Below, piece after piece: positions 15,401-29,069 of a DNA stretch of 64,000 nucleotides (the stretch's first letter is position 1; each line of letters starts with the position of its first letter). The notes under the pieces are model-generated. The model saw nothing but the letters and a program-made list of their open reading frames with translations. It had not been told where the DNA came from and did no database searches. A program made the translations under genes and the position numbers. Origin of the DNA: Eledone cirrhosa (taxonomy: Eukaryota); contig OZ024741.1 in NCBI GenBank assembly GCA_964016885.1, forward strand, positions 8,494,001-8,558,000, given 5' to 3'.

Positions 15401-18400
15401 CCATGTACAACATAGTCGAGGTTTTAGTCACATCCATGTACAACATAGTCGAGGTTTTAGTCACCTCTATGTACAACATAGTCGACGTTTTAGTCACCTC
15501 CATGTACAACGTAGTCGAGGTTTTAGTCACCTCCATGTACAACATAGTCGAGGTTTTAATCACCTCCATGTACAACATAGTGGAGGTTTTAGTCACCTCC
15601 ATATACACCATAGTGGAGGTTTTAGTCACCTCCATGTACAACGTAGAGCAGGTTTTAATCACCTCATTGTACACCTTAGTCGAGGTTTTAGTCACCTCCA
15701 TGTACAACATAGTCGACGTTTTACTCACCTCCATGTACAACATAGTGGAGGTTTTAGTCACCTCCGTGTACTCCATAGTGGAGCTTTTAGTCACCTCCAT
15801 ATATAACATAGTCGAGGTTTTAGTCACCTCCATGTACACCATAGTTTGGGTTTTAGTCACCTCCATGTACAACATAGTCGATGTTTTAGTCACCTCCATG
15901 TACAACATAGTCGCAGTTTTAGTCACATCCATGTACACCATAGTGGAGGTTTTAGTCACCTCCATGTACAACATAGTCGATGTTTTAGTCACCTCCATGT
16001 ACAACAGAGTCGAGGTGTTAGTGACCTCTATGTACAACATAGTCAAGGTTTTAATCACCTCCATGTACACCATAGTGGAGGTTTTAGTCAGCTCCATGTA
16101 CAACATAGTCGAGGTTTTAGTCACCTCTATGTCCAACGTAATCGAGGTTTTAGTCACCTCCATGTACAACATAGTCGAGGTTTTAGTCACCTCTATGTAC
16201 AACATAGTCGAGATTTTAGTCACCTCCGTGTACAACATAGTTGAGGGTTTAGTGACCTCCGTGTACACCATAGTGGAGCTTTTAGTCACCTCCATATACA
16301 ACATAGTCGAGGTTTTAGTCACCTCCATGTACACCATAGTTTGAGGTTTTAGTCACCTCCATGTACAAGATAGTCGAGGTTTAGTCACCTCCATGTACAA
16401 CATAGTGGAGGTTTTAGTCACCTCCAGGTACACCATAGTCGAGGTTTTAGTCACCTCCATGTACAACAAAGAGGAGGTTTTAGTCACTTTCATGTACAAC
16501 ATAGTCGAGGTTTTAGTCACCTCCATGTACAACATAGTCGAGGTTTTAGTCACCTCCATGTACACCATAGTTTGAGGTTTTAGTCACCTCCATGTACAAG
16601 ATAGTCGAGGTTTAGTCACCTCCATGTACAACATAGTGGAGGTTTTAGTCACCTCCATGTACACCATAGTCGAGGTTTTAGTCACCTCCATGTACAACAT
16701 AGTCGAGGTTTTAGTCACCTCTATGTACAACATAGTCGACGTTTTCGTCACCTCCATGTACAACGTAGTCGAAGTTTTAGTCACCTCCATGTACACCATA
16801 GTGGAGGTTTTAGTCACCTCCAGGTACACCATAGTCGAGGTTTTAGTCACCTCCATGTACAACAAAGAGGAGGTTTTAGTCACTTTCATGTACAACATAG
16901 TCGAGGTTTTAGTCACCTCCATGTACAACATAGTCGAGGTTTTAGTCACCTCCGTGTACAACATAGTGGAGGTTTTAGTCACCTCCGTGTAAACCATAGT
17001 GGAGCTTTTAGTCACCTCCATGTACAACATAGTGGAGGTTTTAGTCACCTCCATGTACAATATAGTCGAGGTTTTAGTCACCTCCTTGTACAACATAGTC
17101 GAGGTTTTAGTCACCTCCATGTACAACATAGTGGAGGTTTTAATCACCTCCATGTACAGCATAGGCGAGGTTTTAGTCACCTCCATGTACAACAAAGAGG
17201 AGGTTTTAGTCACTTCCATGTACAACATAGTGGAGGTTTTAGTCACCTCCGTGTAAACCATAGTGGAGCTTTTAGTCACCTCCATGTACAACATAGTAGA
17301 GGTTTTAGTCACCTCCATGTACAACATAGTCGAGGTTTTAGTCACCTCCGTGTACACCATAGTGGAGCTTTTAGTCACCTCCATATATAACATAGTCGAG
17401 GTTTTAGTCACCTCCATGTACACCATAGTTTGGGTTTTAGTCACCTCCATGTACACCATAGTGGAGGTTTTAGTCACCTCCATGTACAACATAGTCGAGG
17501 TTTTAGTCACCTGCATGTACAACATAGTCGAGGTTTTAGTCACCTCTATATATAAAAAATAGTCGAGGTTTTAGTCACCTCCATGTACAATATAGTTGAG
17601 GATTTAGTCACCTCCGTGTACACCATAGTGGAGTTTTTAGTCACCTCCATATACAACATAATCGCAGTTTTAGTCACATCCATGTACACCATAGTGGAGG
17701 CTTTAGACACCTCCATGTACAACATAGTCGATGTTTTAGTCAGCTCCATGTACAACAGAGTGGAGGTTTTAGTCACCTACAAGAACAACATAGTCGAGGT
17801 TTTAGTCACCTCCATGTACAACATAGTCGAGGTTTGAGTCACCTCCATGTACAACATAGTGGAGGTTTTAGTCACCTCCATGTACAACATAGTCGAGGTT
17901 TTAGTCACCTCCATGTACAACATAGTGGAGGTTTTAGTCACCTCCATGTACACCATAGTGGAGGTTTTAGTCACCTCCATGTACAACATAGTCGAAGTTT
18001 TAGTCACCTCCATGTACAAGATAGTCGAGATTTTAGTCACCTCCATGTACAACATCGTCGAGGTTTTAGTCACCTCCATGTACAACATAGTCAAGGTTTT
18101 AGTCACCTCCATGTACAACATAGTCGAGGTTTTAGTCACCTCCATGTACAACATAGTCGAGGTTTTAGTCAACACCATGTACAACATAGTTGAGGTTTTA
18201 GTGACCTCCATGTACAACATAGTCGAGATTTTAGTCACCTCCATGTACAACATAGTGGAGGTTTTAGTCACCTCTATGTACAACATAGTCGGGGTTTTAG
18301 TCACCTCCATGTACAACATAGTGGAGGTTTTAGTCACCTCCATGTACAACATAGTCGAGGTTTTAGTCACCTCCATGTACAACATATTCGAGGTTTTAAT

Positions 18401-21400
18401 CACCTCCATGTACAACATAGTCGAGGTTTTAGTCACATCCATGTACAACATAGTCGAGGTTTTAGTCACCTCTATGTACAACATAGTCGACGTTTTAGTC
18501 ACCTCCATGTACAACGTAGTCGAGGTTTTAGTCACCTCCATGTACAACATAGTCGAGGTTTTAATCACCTCCATGTACAACATAGTGGAGGTTTTAGTCA
18601 CCTCCATATACACCATAGTGGAGGTTTTAGTCACCTCCATGTACAACGTAGAGGAGGTTTTAATCACCTCATTGTACACATTAGTCGAGGTTTTAGTCAC
18701 CTCCATGTACAACATAGTCGACGTTTTACTCACCTCCATGTACAACATAGTGGAGGTTTTAGTCACCTCCGTGTACACCATAGTGGAGCTTTTAGTCACC
18801 TCCATATATAACATAGTCGAGGTTTTAGTCACCTCCATGTACACCATAGTTTGGGTTTTAGTCACCTCCATGTACAACATAGTCGATGTTTTAGTCACCT
18901 CCATGTACAACATAGTCGCAGTTTTAGTCACATCCATGTACACCATAGTGGAGGTTTTAGTCACCTCCATGTACAACATAGTCGATGTTTTAGTCACCTC
19001 CATGTACAACAGAGTCGAGGTGTTAGTGACCTCTATGTACAACATAGTCAAGGTTTTAATCACCTCCATGTACACCATAGTGGAGGTTTTAGTCACCTCC
19101 ATGTACAACATAGTCGAGGTTTTAGTCACCTCTATGTCCAACGTAATCGAGGTTTTAGTCACCTCCATGTACAACATAGTCGAGGTTTTAGTCACCTCTA
19201 TGTACAACATAGTCGAGATTTTAGTCACCTCCGTGTACAACATAGTTGAGGGTTTAGTGACCTCCGTGTACACCATAGTGGAGCTTTTAGTCACCTCCAT
19301 ATACAACATAGTCGAGGTTTTAGTCACCTCCATGTACACCATAGTTTGAGGTTTTAGTCACCTCCATGTACAAGATAGTCGAGGTTTAGTCACCTCCATG
19401 TACAACATAGTCGCGGTTTTAGTCACCTCCATGTACACCATAGTCGAGGTTTTAGTCACCTCCATGTACAACATAGTCGAGGTTTGAGTCACCTCCATGT
19501 ACAACATATTCGAGGTTTTAGTCAACTCCATGTACAACATAGTCGAGGTTTTAGTCACCTCCATGTACAACATATGTGAGGTTTTAGTCACCTCCATGTA
19601 CAACATAGTCGAGGTTTTAGTCACCTCCATGTACAACATAGTGGAGGTTTTAGTCACCTCCATGTACACCATAATGGAGGTTTCAGTCACCTCCGTGTAC
19701 ACCATAGTCGAGGTTTTAGTCACCTCCATGTACAACATAGTCGATGTTTTAGTCACCTCCATGTACAACATAGTGGAGGTTTTAGTCACCTCCATGTACA
19801 CCATAGTCGAGGTTTTAGTCACCTCCATGTACAACATAGAGGAGGTTTTAATCACCTCATTGTACACCATAGTCGAGGTTTTAGTCACCTCCATGTACAA
19901 CATAGTCGAGGTTTTAGACACCTCAAGGTACAACATAGTGGAGGTTTTAGTCACCTCCATGTACAACATAGTCGAGGTTTTAGTCACCTCCATGTACAAC
20001 ATAGTCGACGTTTTACTCACCTCCATGTACAACATAGTCGACGTTTTACTCACCTCCATGTACAACATAGTCGATATTTTAGTCACCTCCTTATACAACA
20101 TAGTCGAGGTTTTAGTCACCTCCATGTACACTATAGTGCAGGTTTTAGTCACCTCCATGTACAACATAGTCGAGGTTTTACTCAATACCATGTACACCAT
20201 AATGGAGGTTTTAGTCACCTCAATATACAACATAGTCGAGGTTTTAGTCACCTCTATGTACAACGTAGTCGAGGTTTTAGTCACCTTCATGTACAACATA
20301 GTCGTGGTTTTAGTCACCTCTATATATAAAAAATAGTCGAGGTTTTAGTCACCTCTATGTACAACATAGTCGCGGTTTCAGTCACCTCCGTGTACAACAT
20401 AGTGGAAGTTTTAGTCACCTCCGTGTAAACCATAGTGGAGCTTTTAGTCACCTCCATGTACAACAAAGTGGAGGTTTTAGTCACCTCCATGTACAACATA
20501 GTCGAGGTTTTAGTCAGCTCTATGTACAGCGTAGTCGAGGTTTTAGTCACCTCCATGTACAACATAGTCGAGGTTTTAGTCACCTCTAAGTACTACATAG
20601 TCGAGGTTTCAGTCACCTCCGTGTACAATATAGTTGAGGATTTAGTCACCTCCGTGTACACCATAGTGGAGTTTTTAGTCACCTCCATATACAACATAGT
20701 CGAGGTTTTAGTCACCTCCATGTACACCATAGTTTGGGTTTTAGTCACCTCCATGTACAACATAGTCGCAGTTTTAGTCACATCCATGTACACCATAGTG
20801 GAGGTTTTAGACACCTCCATGTACAACATAGTCGATGTTTTAGTCACCTCCATGTACAACAGAGTGGAGGTTTTAGTCAACTACATGAACAACATATTCG
20901 AGGTTTTAGTCACCTCCATGTACAACATAGTCGAGGTTTTAGTCACCTCCATGTACACCATAGTGGAGGTTTTAGTCACCTCCATGTACAACATAGTCGA
21001 AGTTTTAGTCACCTCCATGTACAAGATAGTCGAGATTTTAGTCACCTCCATGTACAACATCGTCGAGGTTTTAGTCACCTCCATGTACACCATAGTGGAG
21101 GTTTTAGTCACCTCCATGAACAACATAGAAGAGGTTTTAGTCACCCCCATGTACAATATAGTGGAGGTTTTAGTCACCTCCATGTACGACATAGTGGAGG
21201 TTTTAGTCACCTCCATGTACAACATAGTCGAGGTTTTAGTCACCTCCATGTACAACATAGTCGAGGTTTTAGTCAGCTCCATGTACAACATAGTCGAGGT
21301 TTTAGTCACCTCCATGTACAACATATGTGAGGTTTTAGTCACCTCCATGTACACCATAGTGGAGGTTTTAGTCACCTCCATGTACAACATAGTCGAAGTT

Positions 21401-24400
21401 TTAGTCACCTCCATGTACAAGATAGTCGAGATTTTAGTCACCTCCATGTACAACATCGTCGAGGTTTTAGTCACCTCCATGTACAACATAGTCAAGGTTT
21501 TAGTCACCTCCATGTACAACATAGTCGAGGTTTTAGTCACCTCCATGTACAACATAGTCGAGGTTTTAGTCACCTCCATGTACAACATAGTCGAGCTTTT
21601 AGTCACCTCCATGTACAACATAGTGGAGGTTTTTGTCATTTCTATGTACAACATAGTTGAGGTTTTAGTCACCACCATGTACACCATAGTCGAGGTTTTA
21701 GTCACCTCCATGTACAACATAGTCGAGGTTTTAGTCACCTCCATGTACAACATAGTCGAGGTTTTAGTCAACACCATGTACAACATAGTTGAGGTTTTAG
21801 AGACCTCCATGTACAACATAGTCGAGATTTTAGTCACCTCCATGTACAACATAGTGGAGGTTTTAGTCACCTCTATGTACAACATAGTCGAGGTTTTAGT
21901 CACCTCCATGTACAACATAGTGGAGGTTTTAGTCACCTCCATGTACAACATAGTCGAGGTTTTAGTCACCTCCATGTACAACATAGTCGAGGTTTTAATC
22001 ACCTCCATGTACAACATAGTCGAGGTTTTAGTCACATCCATGTACAACATAGTCGAGGTTTTAGTCACCTCTATGTACAACATAGTCGACGTTTTAGTCA
22101 CCTCCATGTACAACGTAGTCGAGGTTTTAGTCACCTCCATGTACAACATAGTCGAGTTTTTAATCACCTCCATGTACAACATAGTGGAGGTTTTAGTCAC
22201 CTCCATATACACCATAGTGGAGGTTTTAGTCACCTCCATGTACAACGTAGAGCAGGTTTTAATCACCTCATTGTACACCTTAGTCGAGGTTTTAGTCACC
22301 TCCATGTACAACATAGTCGACGTTTTACTCACCTCCATGTACAACATAGTGGAGGTTTTAGTCACCTCCGTGTACTCCATAGTGGAGCTTTTAGTCACCT
22401 CCATATATAACATAGTCGAGGTTTTAGTCACCTCCATGTACACCATAGTTTGGGTTTTAGTCACCTCCATGTACAACATAGTCGATGTTTTAGTCACCTC
22501 CATGTACAACATAGTCGCAGTTTTAGTCACATCCATGTACACCATAGTGGAGGTTTTAGTCACCTCCATGTACAACATAGTCGATGTTTTAGTCACCTCC
22601 ATGTACAACAGAGTCGAGGTGTTAGTGACCTCTATGTACAACATAGTCAAGGTTTTAATCACCTCCATGTACACCATAGTGGAGGTTTTAGTCAGCTCCA
22701 TGTACAACATAGTCGAGGTTTTAGTCACCTCTATGTCCAACGTAATCGAGGTTTTAGTCACCTCCATGTACAACATAGTCGAGGTTTTAGTCACCTCTAT
22801 GTACAACATAGTCGAGATTTTAGTCACCTCCGTGTACAACATAGTTGAGGGTTTAGTGACCTCCGTGTACACCATAGTGGAGCTTTTAGTCACCTCCATA
22901 TACAACATAGTCGAGGTTTTAGTCACCTCCATGTACACCATAGTTTGAGGTTTTAGTCACCTCCATGTACAAGATAGTCGAGGTTTAGTCACCTCCATGT
23001 ACAACATAGTGGAGGTTTTAGTCACCTCCAGGTACACCATAGTCGAGGTTTTAGTCACCTCCATGTACAACAAAGAGGAGGTTTTAGTCACTTTCATGTA
23101 CAACATAGTCGAGGTTTTAGTCACCTCCATGTACAACATAGTCGAGGTTTTAGTCACCTCCATGTACACCATAGTTTGAGGTTTTAGTCACCTCCATGTA
23201 CAAGATAGTCGAGGTTTAGTCACCTCCATGTACAACATAGTGGAGGTTTTAGTCACCTCCATGTACACCATAGTCGAGGTTTTAGTCACCTCCATGTACA
23301 ACATAGTCGAGGTTTTAGTCACCTCTATGTACAACATAGTCGACGTTTTCGTCACCTCCATGTACAACGTAGTCGAAGTTTTAGTCACCTCCATGTACAC
23401 CATAGTGGAGGTTTTAGTCACCTCCAGGTACACCATAGTCGAGGTTTTAGTCACCTCCATGTACAACAAAGAGGAGGTTTTAGTCACTTTCATGTACAAC
23501 ATAGTCGAGGTTTTAGTCACCTCCATGTACAACATAGTCGAGGTTTTAGTCACCTCCGTGTACAACATAGTGGAGGTTTTAGTCACCTCCGTGTAAACCA
23601 TAGTGGAGCTTTTAGTCACCTCCATGTACAACATAGTGGAGGTTTTAGTCACCTCCATGTACAATATAGTCGAGGTTTTAGTCACCTCCTTGTACAACAT
23701 AGTCGAGGTTTTAGTCACCTCCATGTACAACATAGTGGAGGTTTTAATCACCTCCATGTACAGCATAGGCGAGGTTTTAGTCACCTCCATGTACAACAAA
23801 GAGGAGGTTTTAGTCACTTCCATGTACAACATAGTGGAGGTTTTAGTCACCTCCGTGTAAACCATAGTGGAGCTTTTAGTCACCTCCATGTACAACATAG
23901 TAGAGGTTTTAGTCACCTCCATGTACAACATAGTCGAGGTTTTAGTCACCTCCGTGTACACCATAGTGGAGCTTTTAGTCACCTCCATATATAACATAGT
24001 CGAGGTTTTAGTCACCTCCATGTACACCATAGTTTGGGTTTTAGTCACCTCCATGTACAACATAGTCGAAGTTTTAGTCACCTCTATATATAAAAAATAG
24101 TCGAGGTTTTAGTCACCTCCATGTACAATATAGTTGAGGATTTAGTCACCTCCGTGTACACCATAGTGGAGTTTTTAGTTACCTCCATATACAACATAAT
24201 CGCAGTTTTAGTCACATCCATGTACACCATAGTGGAGGCTTTAGACACCTCCATGTACAACATAGTCGATGTTTTAGTCAGCTCCATGTACAACAGAGTG
24301 GAGGTTTTAGTCACCTACAAGAACAACATAGTCGAGGTTTTAGTCACCTCCATGTACAACATAGTCGAGGTTTGAGTCACCTCCATGTACAACATAGTGG

Positions 24401-27400
24401 AGGTTTTAGTCACCTCCATGTACAACATAGTCGAGGTTTTAGTCACCTCCATGTACAACATAGTGGAGGTTTTAGTCACCTCCATGTACACCATAGTGGA
24501 GGTTTTAGTCACCTCCATGTACAACATAGTCGAAGTTTTAGTCACCTCCATGTACAAGATAGTCGAGATTTTAGTCACCTCCATGTACAACATCGTCGAG
24601 GTTTTAGTCACCTCCATGTACAACATAGTCAAGGTTTTAGTCACCTCCATGTACAACATAGTCGAGGTTTTAGTCACCTCCATGTACAACATAGTCGCGG
24701 TTTTAGTCAACACCATGTACAACATAGTTGAGGTTTTAGTGACCTCCATGTACAACATAGTCGAGATTTTAGTCACCTCCATGTACAACATAGTGGAGGT
24801 TTTAGTCACCTCTATGTACAACATAGTCGAGGTTTTAGTCACCTCCATGTACAACATAGTGGAGGTTTTAGTCACCTCCATGTACAACATAGTCGAGGTT
24901 TTAGTCACCTCCATGTACAACATATTCGAGGTTTTAATCACCTCCATGTACAACATAGTCGAGGTTTTAGTCACATCCATGTACAACATAGTCGAGGTTT
25001 TAGTCACCTCTATGTACAACATAGTCGACGTTTTAGTCACCTCCATGTACAACGTAGTCGAGGTTTTAGTCACCTCCATGTACAACATAGTCGAGGTTTT
25101 AATCACCTCCATGTACAACATAGTGGAGGTTTTAGTCACCTCCATATACACCATAGTGGAGGTTTTAGTCACCTCCATGTACAACGTAGAGGAGGTTTTA
25201 ATCACCTCATTGTACACATTAGTCGAGGTTTTAGTCACCTCCATGTACAACATAGTCGACGTTTTACTCACCTCCATGTACAACATAGTGGAGGTTTTAG
25301 TCACCTCCGTGTACACCATAGTGGAGCTTTTAGTCACCTCCATATATAACATAGTCGAGGTTTTAGTCACCTCCATGTACACCATAGTTTGGGTTTTAGT
25401 CACCTCCATGTACAACATAGTCGCAGTTTTAGTCACATCCATGTACACCATAGTGGAGGTTTTAGTCACCTCCATGTACAACATAGTCGATGTTTTAGTC
25501 ACCTCCATGTACAACAGAGTCGAGGTGTTAGTGACCTCTATGTACAACATAGTCAAGGTTTTAATCACCTCCATGTACACCATAGTGGAGGTTTTAGTCA
25601 CCTCCATGTACAACATAGTCGAGGTTTTAGTCACCTCTATGTCCAACGTAATCGAGGTTTTAGTCACCTCCATGTACAACATAGTCGAGGTTTTAGTCAC
25701 CTCTATGTACAACATAGTCGAGATTTTAGTCACCTCCGTGTACAACATAGTTGAGGGTTTAGTGACCTCCGTGTACACCATAGTGGAGCTTTTAGTCACC
25801 TCCATATACAACATAGTCGAGGTTTTAGTCACCTCCATGTACACCATATTTTGAGGTTTTAGTCACCTCCATGTACAAGATAGTCGAGGTTTAGTCACCT
25901 CCATGTACAACATAGTCGCGGTTTTAGTCACCTGCATGTACACCATAGTCGAGGTTTTAGTCACCTCCATGTACAACATAGTCGAGGTTTGAGTCACCTC
26001 CATGTACAACATATTCGAGGTTTTAGTCAACTCCATGTACAACATAGTCGAGGTTTTAGTCACCTCCATGTACAACATATGTGAGGTTTTAGTCACCTCC
26101 ATGTACAACATAGTCGAGGTTTTAGTCACCTCCATGTACAACATAGTGGAGGTTTTAGTCACCTCCATGTACACCATAATGGAGGTTTCAGTCACCTCCG
26201 TGTACACCATAGTCGAGGTTTTAGTCACCTCCATGTACAACATAGTCGATGTTTTAGTCACCTCCATGTACAACATAGTGGAGGTTTTAGTCACCTCCAT
26301 GTACACCATAGTCGAGGTTTTAGTCACCTCCATGTACAACATAGAGGAGGTTTTAATCACCTCATTGTACACCATAGTCGAGGTTTTAGTCACCTCCATG
26401 TACAACATAGTCGAGGTTTTAGACACCTCAAGGTACAACATAGTGGAGGTTTTAGTCACCTCCATGTACAACATAGTCGAGGTTTTAGTCAGCTCCATGT
26501 ACAACATAGTCGACGTTTTACTCACCTCCATGTACAACATAGTCGACGGTTTACTCACCTCCATGTACAACATAGTCGATATTTTAGTCACCTCCTTATA
26601 CAACATAGTCGAGGTTTTAGTCACCTCCATGTACACTATAGTGCAGGTTTTAGTCACCTCCATGTACAACATAGTCGAGGTTTTACTCAATACCATGTAC
26701 ACCATAATGGAGGTTTTAGTCACCTCAATATACAACATAGTCGAGGTTTTAGTCACCTCTATGTACAACGTAGTCGAGGTTTTAGTCACCTCCATGTACA
26801 ACATAGTCGTGGTTTTAGTCACCTCTATATATAAAAAATAGTCGAGGTTTTAGTCACCTCTATGTACAACATAGTCGCGGTTTCAGTCACCTCCGTGTAC
26901 AACATAGTGGAAGTTTTAGTCACCTCCGTGTAAACCATAGTGGAGCTTTTAGTCACCTCCATGTACAACAAAGTGGAGGTTTTAGTCATTTCCATGTACA
27001 ACATAGTCGAGGTTTTAGTCAGCTCTATGTACAGCGTAGTCGAGGTTTTAGTCACCTCCATGTACAACATAGTCGAGGTTTTAGTCACCTCTAAGTACTA
27101 CATAGTCGAGGTTTCAGTCACCTCCGTGTACAATATAGTTGAGGATTTAGTCACCTCCGTGTACACCATAGTGGAGTTTTTAGTCACCTCCATATACAAC
27201 ATAGTCGAGGTTTTAGTCACCTCCATGTACACCATAGTTTGGGTTTTAGTCACCTCCATGTACAACATAGTCGCAGTTTTAGTCACATCCATGTACACCA
27301 TAGTGGAGGTTTTAGACACCTCCATGTACAACATAGTCGATGTTTTAGTCACCTCCATGTACAACAGAGTGGAGGTTTTAGTCAACTACATGAACAACAT

Positions 27401-27845
27401 ATTCGAGGTTTTAGTCACCTCCATGTACAACATAGTCGAGGTTTTAGTCACCTTCATGTACACCATAGTGGAGGTTTTAGTCACCTCCATGTACAACATA
27501 GTCGAAGTTTTAGTCACCTCCATGTACAAGATAGTCGAGATTTTAGTCACCTCCATGTACAACATCGTCGAGGTTTTAGTCACCTCCATGTACACCATAG
27601 TGGAGGTTTTAGTCACCTCCATGAACAACATAGAAGAGGTTTTAGTCACCCCCATGTACAATATAGTGGAGGTTTTAGTCACCTCCATGTACGACATAGT
27701 GGAGGTTTTAGTCACCTCCATGTACAACATAGTCGAGGTTTTAGTCACCTCCATGTACAACATAGTCGAGGTTTTAGTCAGCTCCATGTACAACATAGTC
27801 GAGGTTTTAGTCACCTCCATGTACAACATATGTGAGGTTTTAGTC
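14740..27845. repeat. Tandem higher-order duplication of about 6.6 kb (about 200 monomers); the second copy is shorter by 3 monomers
   Basis: Offsets of 6604 (16353/22957, 16584/23188), then 6538 (17546/24084), then 6505 (19358/25863, 20320/26825). The steps are whole multiples of 33. Confidence 0.9.
16340..16620. repeat. Marker pair recurring at 231 bp (7 monomers); also at about 22945/23176 and 33180/33411
   Basis: The string TAGTTTGAGG...AAGATAGTCGAGGTTTAG occurs twice, 231 bp apart. ORF pairs 16353/16584, 22957/23188 and 33192/33423 agree. Confidence 0.8.
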
Positions 27846-29069
27846 ACCTCCATGTACAACATAGTCGAGGTTTTAGTCACCTCCATGTACAACATAGTGG
27901 AGGTTTCAGTCACCTCCGGGTACACCATAGTCGAGGTTTTAGTCACCTCCATGTACAACATAGTCGAGGTTTTAGTCACCTCTATGTACAACATAGTCGA
28001 CGTTTTCGTCACCTCCATGTACAACGTAGTCGAAGTTTTAGTCACCTCCATGTACACCATAGTGGAGGTTTTAGTCACCTCCATGTACACCATAGTCGAG
28101 GTTTTAGTCACCTCCATGTACAACAAAGAGGAGGTTTTAGTCACTTCCATGTACAACATAGTGGAGGTTTTAGTCACCTCCGTGTAAACCATAGTGGAGC
28201 TTTTAGTCACCTCCATGTACAACATAGTAGAGGTTTTAGTCACCTCCATGTACAACATAGTCGAGGTTTTAGTCACCTCCGTGTACACCATAGTGGAGCT
28301 TTTAGTCCCTCCATATATAACATAGTCGAGGTTTTAGTCACCTCCATGTACACCATAGTTTGGGTTTTAGTCACCTCCATGTACACCATAGTGGAGGTTT
28401 TAGTCACCTCCATGTACAACATAGAGGAGGTTTTAATCACCTCATTGTACACCATAGTCGAGGTTTTAGTCACCTCCATGTACAACATAGTCGAGGTTTT
28501 AGACACCTCAAGGAACAACATATTCGAGGTTTTAGTCACCTCCATGTACAACATAGTCGAGGTTTTAGTCACCTCCATGTACAACATAGTCGACGTTTTA
28601 CTCACCTCCATGTACAACATAGTCGATATTTTAGTCACCTCCATGTACAACATAGTCGAGGTTTTAGTCACCTCCATGTACACCATAGTGGAGGTTTTAG
28701 TCACCTCCATGTACAATATAGTCGAGGTTTTACTCACCTCCATGTACACCATAGTGGAGGTTTTAATCACCTCCATATACAACATAGTCGAGGTTTTAGT
28801 CACCTCTATGTACAACGTAGTCGAGGTTTTAGTCACCTCCATGTACAACATAATCGAGGTTTTAGTCACCTCTATATATAAAAAATAGTCGAGGTTTTAG
28901 TCACCTCCATGTACAACATAGTCGAGGTTTTAGTCACCTCCATGTACAACATAGTCGAGGTTTTAATCACCTCCATGTACACCATAGTCGAGGTTTTAGT
29001 CACCTCCATGTACAACATAGTCGAGGTTTTAGTCACCTCTATGTACAACATAGTCGACGTTTTAGTCAC

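Noticed and set aside
20881-22941. Mucin-like or antifreeze-like Thr-rich protein on the minus strand
   Set aside because: It lacks the Pro of mucin PTS repeats and the Ala-richness of 11-mer type I antifreeze proteins. It is indistinguishable from the frameshifted neighbouring repeats.
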